Shown: in pieces, positions 51,235 to 60,547 of the stretch
Layout: every line of letters begins with the position of its first letter
Position numbering within the stretch: the first letter of the stretch is position 1
NCBI GenBank assembly: GCA_948436025.1
Contig: CAOJHH010000001.1
Coordinates: forward strand, 2,921-66,920
Reading direction: 5' to 3'
DNA from: an uncultured Clostridium sp.
GTDB taxonomy: Bacteria; Bacillota; Clostridia; TANB77; CAG-508
DNA length: 64,000 nt
Position numbers and translations under genes: made by a program
The notes under the pieces: generated by a model
Database searches by the model: none
What the model was told of the DNA's origin: nothing
Seen by the model: the letters and a program-made list of their open reading frames with translations, nothing else

Positions 51235-51816
51235 ATGGGAAAATTTAAAAAAACAGAAACAAGTATTGAAGGAGTATACATTATTGAACCAACAGTATTT
51301 GGAGATGATAGAGGATATTTCATGGAGACCTATTCCAAAGCAGAATTTGAAAACATCGGGCTACATTATGACTTCGTACAAGACAATCAATCCAAATCCA
51401 AAAAAGGAGTATTAAGAGGCTTACACTTCCAAAAAGAAAACACACAAGCCAAATTAGTACGAGTACTAAAAGGCGAAGTATTTGATGTAGCAGTAGACCT
51501 AAGACCAAACAGCAAAACCTATGGCAAATGGGAAGGAGTTATTCTATCCGAAGAAAATAAAAAGATGTTTTTAATTCCAAAAGGCTTTGCACATGGCTTC
51601 CTAGTCCTATCTGAAGAAGCAGAATTCACCTACAAATGTGATGACATCTATAACCACGACGCAGAAGGTGGACTAGCATGGAATGACAAAGACGTAGCCA
51701 TCAACTGGCCACTAGGAAACATAAAAGAAGACGATCTAATCACCTCAGAAAAAGACACAAAATGGCCAACCCTAAACGAATTAAGAAAAACCAATTTATT
51801 TCAAAATCTAACGTAA
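51235..51816 (+). CDS. rfbC: dTDP-4-dehydrorhamnose 3,5-epimerase
   Basis: FGDDRGYFMETY...LRGLHFQ cupin motifs. Confidence 0.9.
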   Translation: MGKFKKTETSIEGVYIIEPTVFGDDRGYFMETYSKAEFENIGLHYDFVQDNQSKSKKGVLRGLHFQKENTQAKLVRVLKGEVFDVAVDLRPNSKTYGKWEGVILSEENKKMFLIPKGFAHGFLVLSEEAEFTYKCDDIYNHDAEGGLAWNDKDVAINWPLGNIKEDDLITSEKDTKWPTLNELRKTNLFQNLT

Positions 51817-51860
51817 AAAACACAAAAGAAATTCCAACGCCATAAAAAATGGCAAACACT

Positions 51861-51978
51861 AGCGTGAGCCCCGTAATGGGATTAATTTTTGTAATGAAGA
51901 CCCGACAGCCCTTTGAGGCGGGGGAATACCCGTGAGCTTGGAGGGCGAAATGAAAAAAATTAATCCCATTATGGGTCG
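51861..51978. repeat. MITE-like or structured element: about 20-bp terminal inverted repeats enclosing a 60-nt core, inside the rfbC-rfbB gap
   Basis: CCCCGTAATGGGATTAATTTTT (51869-51890) pairs with AAAAATTAATCCCATTATGGG (51954-51974). Inner direct repeat CGTGAGC twice. Core contains GACAGCCC. Confidence 0.5.
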
Positions 51979-52020
51979 GAAGCGGAAACCCAAACGAAAA
52001 CAAAAAAGGAGAGAAAAAAC

Positions 52021-52989
52021 ATGAGTAATAACATATTAATTACCGGAGCAGCTGGATTTATTGGAGCAAATTTTGCTGAATTTTTTGTCACAAAACATCC
52101 AGAATATAACATCATCGTATTAGACAAACTAACCTATGCAGGAAACCTAAATAACCTAAAAAAAATACAAGACAAAATTACCTTCATACAAGGTGACGTT
52201 TGCGACTACACCTTTGTAAAAGACTTATTTGAAAAATACCAAATTAATGGAGTAATCCATTTCGCAGCAGAATCTCATGTAGATAATAGCATCAAAAACC
52301 CATTTATTTTTACCCAAACTAATGTAATTGGAACACATACCTTGCTAGAAGTAGCAAAACAAATTTGGGGAGAAGGAAGCCAAAACAAATTCGTCCATAT
52401 TTCCACAGACGAAGTATACGGCACCCTTGGCGAAGAAGGCTATTTCACAGAAACAACACCAATTAATCCAAACAGCCCATACTCTGCCTCAAAAGCAAGC
52501 TCTGACCTAATCGCAAGAGCATATTACGAAACCTTCAAAATGAATGTAACTATTACGAATTGCTCAAATAACTATGGACCATATCAACACCATGAAAAAC
52601 TAATTCCTCATATGATAAAACTAGCCATGAATAACGAAAAGCTACCAGTATATGGAGATGGCAAAAACATTCGCGACTGGCTGTATGTAGAAGACCACTG
52701 TGAAGCAATTGATATGGTATTCCATAACGGAAGAGCAGGCGAAAGATACAACATTGGCGGACATAATGAAAAAAGAAATATTGAAATTGTAAAATTAATC
52801 TTAAACCATTTACATAAACCAGAAACTATGATAGAATTTGTAGAGGATCGAAAAGGACATGACTACCGTTATGCCATCGACCCAAGCAAAATAAAGAAAG
52901 AACTAGGCTGGGAGCCAAAAACAAAATTCGAAGATGGCATTATAAAAACCATCGATTGGTACTTAGCAAACCCAGAATGGCTTAGGTAA
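52021..52989 (+). CDS. rfbB: dTDP-glucose 4,6-dehydratase
   Basis: ILITGAAGFIGANF, YSASK catalytic motif. Confidence 0.9.
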   Translation: MSNNILITGAAGFIGANFAEFFVTKHPEYNIIVLDKLTYAGNLNNLKKIQDKITFIQGDVCDYTFVKDLFEKYQINGVIHFAAESHVDNSIKNPFIFTQTNVIGTHTLLEVAKQIWGEGSQNKFVHISTDEVYGTLGEEGYFTETTPINPNSPYSASKASSDLIARAYYETFKMNVTITNCSNNYGPYQHHEKLIPHMIKLAMNNEKLPVYGDGKNIRDWLYVEDHCEAIDMVFHNGRAGERYNIGGHNEKRNIEIVKLILNHLHKPETMIEFVEDRKGHDYRYAIDPSKIKKELGWEPKTKFEDGIIKTIDWYLANPEWLR

Positions 52990-53001
52990 GAGGGAAGAAA
53001 A

Positions 53002-54057
53002 ATGATATATGACGCTCAAAACAAACTAATACCAAAAAAGAAAAAAGGAATGAATAAGTGGGTAAAAGTAGTTATTGTTATGCTCCTTATTATCATTTTG
53101 CTAGCCATTATTTTGGTAAGCAAGTTTGTAGGAGATCGTCTTTCCAAAATACATTTTAAAGATTTAGACGAAGGAAATTTAGGAATTAACACTGAGGTAT
53201 ATAGCGAAATAGAGGGGCTAACCAAAAAGGAATATGACCAAGTAGTAAATATCCTACTTCTTGGTTCCGATTCCAAAGATATGTCAGACCAATACGATGG
53301 AAACAGTGATGCCATTATGATTATTTCCATTAATCCAAAATTCAAAAGCATCAAATTAATTAGTATTCCACGTGATACGGCAGCAAATATTGCAGGATTT
53401 GAAAATCGATACAAAATTAATGCAGCCTTTGCAACAGGAAAAGAACAACTAGCCGTTAAAACCATAAACGAGAACTTTGGACTAAATATAAAAGAATATG
53501 TTACGGTTAATATTTCTAGCATGTATGATATTATTAATGAAATTGGTGGAGTGGAATTAGAAATTACAAAGGAAGAAATGAATTCCATTAATCATTTTGT
53601 TGATATGTTTTACAAATTTTCTGGGAAGCCAACTAAAAAAGTGACAAATTACGGAAAAGTAACATTAACCGGAGAGCAAGCAGCTGCACATGTAAAAGAA
53701 AGAGAAGCAGGCTACCGTAGTGGAACTACAGATTATGGCGATTTTGGAAGAACTAGAAGGCAAAGAGAAGTATTGGTTGCTATGCTAAATAAGATATTAA
53801 CCAAAGATTTAGGCGAAATTTCTAGAATTATCGATTTAATTTTAGAACAAGTAACAACCAATATAAATGTAGGCAAATACATGGGCATGCTTCCAGAATT
53901 GGTTGCCAATAAAGATGCATATTTGAATAATCTTACCTCAGTGATGATACCGAAAAATGAGTATAGTGAAGAGATTTTAGAAAATGGAACTTTTTTATAT
54001 GTGACAGATTTGGAAAAAGCAAAAAAGGATTTTATTCATTATATGTATGAGATGTAG
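53002..54057 (+). CDS. LytR-CpsA-Psr (LCP) family protein (second copy)
   Basis: TM plus LCP domain (LLLGSDSKD...SDAIMIISIN...ISIPRDT). Confidence 0.85.
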   Translation: MIYDAQNKLIPKKKKGMNKWVKVVIVMLLIIILLAIILVSKFVGDRLSKIHFKDLDEGNLGINTEVYSEIEGLTKKEYDQVVNILLLGSDSKDMSDQYDGNSDAIMIISINPKFKSIKLISIPRDTAANIAGFENRYKINAAFATGKEQLAVKTINENFGLNIKEYVTVNISSMYDIINEIGGVELEITKEEMNSINHFVDMFYKFSGKPTKKVTNYGKVTLTGEQAAAHVKEREAGYRSGTTDYGDFGRTRRQREVLVAMLNKILTKDLGEISRIIDLILEQVTTNINVGKYMGMLPELVANKDAYLNNLTSVMIPKNEYSEEILENGTFLYVTDLEKAKKDFIHYMYEM

Positions 54058-54132
54058 TAAAAAAATCAGACAAACCATTTTTAATTAATATTTGAAAATT
54101 TTCCTAACAGAAAAAGTAGGATGTTAGATTTA

Positions 54133-54168
54133 AGCTAAAATGTAAGTAATTATATTTTAGCTTAAAAT
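54133..54168. terminator. bidirectional terminator between convergent genes
   Basis: TTAAGCTAAAAT ... ATTTTAGCTTAA 11-bp stem flanked by A/T runs. Confidence 0.5.
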
Positions 54169-54170
54169 GA

Positions 54171-54575
54171 TTACAAAACCTTTTCTTCTAAGACTTCAAT
54201 ACGGATTTCGTGATTATCAAGTTTTGAATTAATTTTATCGATACTTTCTTGCATAATGTCCATTTTATTCGTAAGCATAGAAATTTGTTCTAAACCAATT
54301 TGTATTTTTCGGTCGTGTTCATATTCTATTCGAGTTACGATATTTTCAATAGATTGTAAGCTAGCTTTGATTTCTTTTATATCATTATCATGTTCAGCGA
54401 ATTTCTTATCATGTTTGTCAAATCTTTTGTCATATTCAGCAAATTTCTTGTCATATTCAGCGAATTTCTTGTCATATTCATCAAATCTTTTGTCATGTTC
54501 ATCAAATCGTGCAAAAATCTTTTCAAAATTTTCTTGAAGTGTACTTAAAATTAATAGAGTATTCTTATCTTCCAT
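54171..54575 (-). CDS. small coiled-coil protein with tandem heptad repeats
   Basis: Minus-strand ORF with GGAGG RBS. Protein contains FDEYDKKFAEYDKKFAEYDKRFDKHDKKFAEHD, encoded by five or six 21-bp tandem DNA repeats (54400-54500). Confidence 0.55.
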   Translation of the reverse strand: MEDKNTLLILSTLQENFEKIFARFDEHDKRFDEYDKKFAEYDKKFAEYDKRFDKHDKKFAEHDNDIKEIKASLQSIENIVTRIEYEHDRKIQIGLEQISMLTNKMDIMQESIDKINSKLDNHEIRIEVLEEKVL

Positions 54576-54762
54576 ACACATATCCTCCTTTCCATGGTTT
54601 GTCTAATTTCAGTAAAATTATAACATACCGCATTGTCAAAAAGCAACAAAAAACACAAAAAACTTTCCGACCAATTTCGACATGAAATTTTTCTAGAAAC
54701 ATCTTGCAAATGAGAGAGAATATCGATATAATAGACCTAATGTTATAATAAGTGGAGAAAAT

Positions 54763-56232
54763 ATGGAAGAAATTGATTTAAAGGAACTATTTGATATATT
54801 TTGGAAGAAAAAAGTATTTATTTTACTGGTAACAGTGTTATTTGCAGTTTTAGGATTTGGTTATACGAAATATGTAGTGGTACCAGAGTATGAATCTTTA
54901 ACAACATTGATTTTAACCAAAAGTAATAACACAGAAAATAATACCATTACTGGAAATGATGTAACACTAAACCAACAATTAGTCGCAACTTACACAGAGC
55001 TCATTAAAACCAACAACATTATAAGAGAAGTACTAAAAAATCTTGAGGATATAAACATAGAAGAAGAGACATTACGAAACAATATAACCGTAAGATTAGT
55101 GACTTCAACACAATTAATTGAGATTTCGGTAAAAAATAGCGATCCTAAAATAGCAAAAGATTTGACCAATGAAATAGCGAAAGTGTTTATTGAAAAAGCA
55201 AAAGATATATACAAACTAGATAATCTTCAAATTGTAGATAAAGCCAAGGAGGAGGAACAACCATATAATATAAATTATAAAAAGAATATCATATTCTTTG
55301 GCATGATAGGATTTATCGTTTCAGCTGGTTTTGTGTTTATAAGAAGCTTATTAGATACTACCATTAAAAAAAGCGAAGAAGCAGAAAAAAGGCTAGGTTT
55401 AACGGTGCTAGCTTCTATTCCACAATATCATTATGAGTTAAAACAACAAGGAAATGAAAATAAAAAAGAATTAATGATAAACCAAAACCCAAAATCACCA
55501 ATCTCTGAAATATTTCGAACCTTAAGAACCAATCTTCAATTTATGACTTCCAACCAAGGAATGAAAACCTTACTAGTAACAAGCAGTGTACCAGGAGAAG
55601 GAAAAAGTTGGGTATCGGCCAATCTTGCTATTTCCTTTGCCAATGAAGGAAAAAAAGTTGCTCTTATCGATTCAGATATGCGAAAAGGAAGATTACATGA
55701 GATATTTGAAATAGAACGAAAACCGGGATTATCGAATTACTTATCTGGTATTAGTGAAATAGAAAACAAAGAGGATATGATGGCATATTTTCAAACGACC
55801 TCTATAAATGGGGTATATGTAATGTCCACAGGAGATATTCCACCAAATCCATCAGAATTATTGGGGTTAGAAAAAATGCAAGAATTCCTTACCAAACTAA
55901 GAAACACCTTTGATATGGTTATTTTTGACGGAACCCCGGCACTACTTGTTACCGATTCCATTATTTTAGCCAAAATGTTAGACGGTAGTTTGCTAGTTAC
56001 CTCATACCAATCCACCAAAATGGGAGAAATAGAAAAAGTAAAGAAAATGATAGAACATGTTGGTGGAACCATTACAGGGCTTGTAATTAACAAAATACCA
56101 GTAAAAGCAAAAAACTACGAACACAGTTATTATTATGGGCAAAGAGAAGAAAAACAAGATGAAACGAATATGCAAACACAAGAAACACAAAATAATGTAA
56201 GCGAGGAGAAGAAAGAAAATAAAGATGATTGA
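54763..56232 (+). CDS. fused Wzz-like chain-length regulator / BY-kinase (CpsC-CpsD type tyrosine kinase)
   Basis: N-terminal Wzz TM domain and C-terminal Walker A (VTSSVPGEGKSWVSANLA) with DxD-type Walker B. Glutamine-rich tail. Confidence 0.8.
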   Translation: MEEIDLKELFDIFWKKKVFILLVTVLFAVLGFGYTKYVVVPEYESLTTLILTKSNNTENNTITGNDVTLNQQLVATYTELIKTNNIIREVLKNLEDINIEEETLRNNITVRLVTSTQLIEISVKNSDPKIAKDLTNEIAKVFIEKAKDIYKLDNLQIVDKAKEEEQPYNINYKKNIIFFGMIGFIVSAGFVFIRSLLDTTIKKSEEAEKRLGLTVLASIPQYHYELKQQGNENKKELMINQNPKSPISEIFRTLRTNLQFMTSNQGMKTLLVTSSVPGEGKSWVSANLAISFANEGKKVALIDSDMRKGRLHEIFEIERKPGLSNYLSGISEIENKEDMMAYFQTTSINGVYVMSTGDIPPNPSELLGLEKMQEFLTKLRNTFDMVIFDGTPALLVTDSIILAKMLDGSLLVTSYQSTKMGEIEKVKKMIEHVGGTITGLVINKIPVKAKNYEHSYYYGQREEKQDETNMQTQETQNNVSEEKKENKDD

Positions 56233-56981
56233 TATTCATACGCATATTATTCCAAACATTGATGATGGTGCCAAAACGATGGAAGAAACCCATGCCATGT
56301 TAGAAAAAGCAAAAAGTGCAGGATTTACCGATATTATTGCTACTTCCCACTATATGGAAAATCAATACGAAGTAGAGCATATAAAAAGACAAGCAGTGGT
56401 AGAGGCATTAAACCGAGTAATGCTAGAAAAACGGGCTAAGTCTCAAAATTCATGTTGGAAGTGAAATTTATATTACCCCCAATTTAGTAACACTCATTAA
56501 AGAAAAAAAGGCATCTACATTAGCCAATAGTCGCTATGTATTATTTGAACTTCCGATGAATAGCAAAGTAAATTACCTAGAACAATTAATTTTTGAAATG
56601 CAAGCAAATGGACTAGTCCCCATTATTGCTCATCCAGAGCGATACCAGTATGTACAAGACAACCCCAATTTTGTTGTAAACTTAATTGCAAAAGGCGTAC
56701 TTTTTCAAGCAAATTTTGCAAGTATCGATGGCTATTATGGAAAAAGAGCCAAAAAAGTACTTATACAACTACTAAAAGCAAATTGTATTCATTTTTTTGC
56801 AGTAGATGCACACAATTTTCAAAAATATGATATAATACAAGAAAACAAAAAAGAATTAGAAAAAATTATTTCAAAAGAAAAACTAGAAGTATTAACCAGA
56901 ACCAACCCAAGACATATACTAGAAAATACCAAAATCGAAATAGAACTACCAAAACCAATCAAAAAGAGGTTTGTGAAATAA
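56225..56981 (+). CDS. PHP-family protein-tyrosine phosphatase (CpsB/YwqE-like), apparent frameshift near 56425
   Basis: MIDIHTHIIPNIDDG N-terminus in frame A. Remainder (KIHVGSEIYITPN...IIAHPERY...AVDAHN) is in the +1 frame. One fewer A in GAAAAACGGG joins them. Confidence 0.75.
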
Positions 56982-57081
56982 AGAAAACTTTATTTCAATA
57001 GAAATTGTTTATCAATAAAAACTTTATCTTAAGTAAAAATTTGTTTTATCCAATTTAATAATCGAAAGGAATGTGAAGAAA

Positions 57082-58446
57082 ATGAGAAAATATTTTGGAA
57101 CCGATGGTATAAGAAGAATTGCCAATACCGAACTTACCCCCAATTTAGTCTACAAAGTAGCAAAAGCAGGAGCCTGTGTCTTATCCAAACACACAGACCA
57201 TACTCCAACCATTCTAATTGGAAGGGATACTCGTATTTCTGGTTCATTAATTGAAAGTGCTATGACCGCTGGATTTTTAAGTTACGGTGCTAATGTAAAA
57301 TTATTAGGAGTCATTCCAACGCCAGCAGTAGCCTATTTAACAAGGAAACTAAAAGCAGATGCCAGTGTGGTTATTTCAGCTTCGCACAATACATACGAAT
57401 TTAATGGAGTTAAGTATTTTAGCAATAAAGGAATGAAAATTGATGACGCCATCGAAGAAGAAATCGAAGAAATTATGGATTCAGACCAAATTGACGGAAT
57501 GAATGCACCACATGACAAAATTGGGGTTTCCGAGTTAAGAGAAGACTTAATTGATGAATATGCCAATCATCTAATCGAAAATTTTAAAACAAGCATTGGA
57601 GCCTCCAAAAAAGAGGACTTTATCGTAGGAATTGATACTGCAAATGGGGCGACCTACAAGGTAGCAGAAAAAATATTTTCTGAGTTAGGTATTCAATATG
57701 TCATTATTAACAACCATCCAAATGGAGTAAACATCAATGAAAACTGTGGTTCAACACATTTAGAACAAATTAAAAAATTTGTGGTAGAACATAGATTAAG
57801 TTTAGGAGTAGCCTATGATGGCGATGGGGACCGTTGTTTATTAATTGATGAACAAGGAAATGAAATAAATGGAGATAAAGTGCTAGCGATTTGTTCGAAA
57901 TACATGAAAGAAAAAGGAACGTTAAAGAAAGATACCGTTGTGGCAACGGTTATGAGTAATTTAGGATTAAAGAAATATTGTAAAGAAAATGGACTACAAG
58001 AGTGCCAAACGAAAGTAGGAGACCGTTATGTATTAGAAGAAATGCTAAAAAATGGCTATAACTTAGGCGGAGAACAATCGGGACATATCATTTTCCTAGA
58101 TTACAACCCAACAGGAGACGGTATTTTAACTTCTCTTATGGTCATTCAAATTTTATTAGAAAAAAATGTTTCGGCATCCAAACTTTGTAGTATAATTAGT
58201 ATATATCCGCAAGTACTAATTAATGCAAAAGTAGCATCCAATAAAAAACACGATTATGAACACGATGAAACGATACAACAAAAAATTCATGAGTTAGAAA
58301 ATGAATTTGCGGATAATGGTAGGGTTTTAATACGTCCTTCTGGAACCGAACCTTTAGTAAGGGTTATGATTGAAGGAGAGGATAAAGAATATATTAAAAC
58401 AAAAGCAGAGGAGTTAGTAAACTTCATTGAAGAAAAATTAAAATAA
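57082..58446 (+). CDS. phosphohexomutase (GlmM/ManB-like phosphoglucosamine or phosphomannomutase)
   Basis: YFGTDGIRR, active-site SASHN, and GDGDR Mg-binding loop. Confidence 0.75.
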   Translation: MRKYFGTDGIRRIANTELTPNLVYKVAKAGACVLSKHTDHTPTILIGRDTRISGSLIESAMTAGFLSYGANVKLLGVIPTPAVAYLTRKLKADASVVISASHNTYEFNGVKYFSNKGMKIDDAIEEEIEEIMDSDQIDGMNAPHDKIGVSELREDLIDEYANHLIENFKTSIGASKKEDFIVGIDTANGATYKVAEKIFSELGIQYVIINNHPNGVNINENCGSTHLEQIKKFVVEHRLSLGVAYDGDGDRCLLIDEQGNEINGDKVLAICSKYMKEKGTLKKDTVVATVMSNLGLKKYCKENGLQECQTKVGDRYVLEEMLKNGYNLGGEQSGHIIFLDYNPTGDGILTSLMVIQILLEKNVSASKLCSIISIYPQVLINAKVASNKKHDYEHDETIQQKIHELENEFADNGRVLIRPSGTEPLVRVMIEGEDKEYIKTKAEELVNFIEEKLK

Positions 58447-58459
58447 GGAGGAACAAAAG

Positions 58460-58798
58460 ATGTTTTTAATTAATGTAGCAGACCCATGGATTTTATTATT
58501 ATCACTATTTCTTACAATTTGTTTAGTGTATATAGGAAAGGAAGCAAAAAATGCATATGTACCAATGCTAACACTAATTGTATTTTTAATACTATTAGTA
58601 ATGCATGGCATTCAATTTTTAATTTTACCAGCACAATATGAAGCAATGGTACCAGAAATTTCAAAATGTTTGGTAGTTGATTTTGTAATGATATTTATTT
58701 CCTATGCATCTTATCTTTGGGTAGATGATGTAGAAACAAAAGCCAAAAAGAAAAAAAGTATTGATAATAGTTTAGAATGGTTTTGGAAAAACGTATAA
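58460..58798 (+). CDS. hypothetical small membrane protein
   Basis: Three hydrophobic segments. No motif recognised. Confidence 0.4.
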   Translation: MFLINVADPWILLLSLFLTICLVYIGKEAKNAYVPMLTLIVFLILLVMHGIQFLILPAQYEAMVPEISKCLVVDFVMIFISYASYLWVDDVETKAKKKKSIDNSLEWFWKNV

Positions 58799-58818
58799 TG
58801 AAGTAAGGACGTGAAAAC

Positions 58819-60387
58819 ATGGAAAAATACTATATTACCACACCAATTTATTATCCAAGTGGAAAATTTCATATAGGAACTGCTTATACTACTGTGGTAG
58901 CAGATACCGTCAAAAAATACAAGAGCCTAAGAGGGTATGATACATACCTTCTTACTGGTCTTGACGAACATGGACAAAAAATACAAACCGTAGCCGAAAA
59001 AAATCATATGACACCACAAGAGCATGTAGACCATATGGCAGACATGGCAAAAGAATTGTGGGCAAAAATGGAAATTGGATATGATGACTTTATTCGTACC
59101 ACAGAGGATAGACATGGAAAAGTGGTACAAGAAATTTTTGAGAAATTTCTTGCTAATGGAGATATTTATAAAGGAAGTTATGAAGGAATGTACTGTGTTC
59201 CTTGTGAGACGTATTTTACGAAAACACAGTTGGTAGATGGGAAATGCCCAGATTGTGGTAGAGATGTGGTTTTAATGAAAGAAGAAGCATATTTCTTCAA
59301 TATGAAAAAATATGCTGACCGATTAGTAAAACTTTACGAAGAAAGCGATTTCATTACACCAGAATTCCGTAAAACCGAAATGTTAAATAATTTTATTAAG
59401 CCAGGATTAGAAGACCTATGTGTAAGCCGTACTAATTTTGACTGGGGAATTAAAGTAAAAAGTGACCCATCTCATGTAGTATATGTATGGTTAGATGCTC
59501 TAACCAATTACATTACAGCACTTGGCTATTTATCAGAAGATGATACCAAATTTAAAAAATACTGGCCAGCCGATTTACAAATTGTTGGAAAAGATATTGC
59601 CAGATTTCATTTAATTTATTGGCCAATCTTCTTAATGGCACTTGATTTACCAGTACCAAAGAAAATTTTAGTCCATAACTGGATTATGATGAAAGATGGC
59701 AAAATGAGTAAATCCAAAGGAAATGTGGTATATCCAGAATTACTATTAGACCGTTATGGGTTAGATGCCTTACGTTATTTTCTACTTCGCGAAATGCCTG
59801 TGGTACAAGATGGTGTTTTCTCACCAGAAAGTTTTATTGAACGCTTTAATTTTGATTTATGTAATGATTTAGGAAATTTACTAAACCGAACCGTATCTAT
59901 GGTAAATAAGTATTTTGAAGGAGAGGTACCAACTTATATAGGACAAGTAAATGATGTTGATAGCGATTTAGAAGAATACACAAAAAAACAAATCAAACTA
60001 GTAGAAGACCATTTTGAAAAATTTGAATTTGCCAATTCTTTACAAGAACTTTGGAACATCATTGCCAGAACCAACAAATACATTGATGAAACTGCCCCAT
60101 GGGTATTACAAAAAGAAGAAGAAACTGAAAAACTAGCTTCTTGCATGAACCATCTAATTGAGAATTTAAGAAAAATAGGAATCATGCTATTACCATTCAT
60201 GGAAAAAACAGCTAAAAACCTACTTACTCAAATTGGATTAGACAAACAAGAAAATACATGGGAAAGCATCTATGAATTAGACCAAATACCAAACGGAACC
60301 AAAGTAATTGAAAAAGGAGAACCCTTATTCATGAGGTTAAATGTAGAAGAAGAAATAGATTATATAAAGAAGGGAATGGGTGTGTAA
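58819..60387 (+). CDS. metG: methionine--tRNA ligase (short form, no C-terminal tRNA-binding domain)
   Basis: PIYYPSGKFHIGTAYT (HIGH), KMSKSKGN, Zn knuckle CVPCE...CPDCG. Confidence 0.92.
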   Translation: MEKYYITTPIYYPSGKFHIGTAYTTVVADTVKKYKSLRGYDTYLLTGLDEHGQKIQTVAEKNHMTPQEHVDHMADMAKELWAKMEIGYDDFIRTTEDRHGKVVQEIFEKFLANGDIYKGSYEGMYCVPCETYFTKTQLVDGKCPDCGRDVVLMKEEAYFFNMKKYADRLVKLYEESDFITPEFRKTEMLNNFIKPGLEDLCVSRTNFDWGIKVKSDPSHVVYVWLDALTNYITALGYLSEDDTKFKKYWPADLQIVGKDIARFHLIYWPIFLMALDLPVPKKILVHNWIMMKDGKMSKSKGNVVYPELLLDRYGLDALRYFLLREMPVVQDGVFSPESFIERFNFDLCNDLGNLLNRTVSMVNKYFEGEVPTYIGQVNDVDSDLEEYTKKQIKLVEDHFEKFEFANSLQELWNIIARTNKYIDETAPWVLQKEEETEKLASCMNHLIENLRKIGIMLLPFMEKTAKNLLTQIGLDKQENTWESIYELDQIPNGTKVIEKGEPLFMRLNVEEEIDYIKKGMGV

Positions 60388-60445
60388 GAACCCCTAAGGG
60401 AGCTAACGCTGACAGCCCCCTTAAATAAAGGGGCCATTTCTCTAC
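60388..60445. repeat. copy C of the GACAGCCCCC element, directly after the metG stop
   Basis: GAACCCCTAAGGGAGCTAACGCTGACAGCCCCCTTAAATAAAGGGGCC. Confidence 0.55.
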
Positions 60446-60462
60446 AAATTAGAAAATGTGCC

Positions 60463-60488
60463 CGTAGGGGTTGCATACCATGCAACCC
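60463..60488. repeat. TGTAGGGG-hairpin element (GGGTTGCAT-ACC-ATGCAACCC)
   Basis: Read directly. Preceded by AAAATGTGCCCG, as in the 63923 copy. Confidence 0.55.
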
Positions 60489-60547
60489 TTCATACGTAGC
60501 AGGTCTTGTATCTGTCCAAATATATAAATAATAGAAAGAAGGGAACA

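Noticed and set aside
53016-53588. 190-aa minus-strand ORF
   Set aside because: Antisense to the LCP gene, which has clear family motifs. No RBS.
54256-54537. 93-aa + strand ORF overlapping the coiled-coil gene
   Set aside because: Junk-like Ser/Leu/Phe repetitive product generated by the 21-bp repeats. The minus-strand frame has an RBS and a clean heptad protein.
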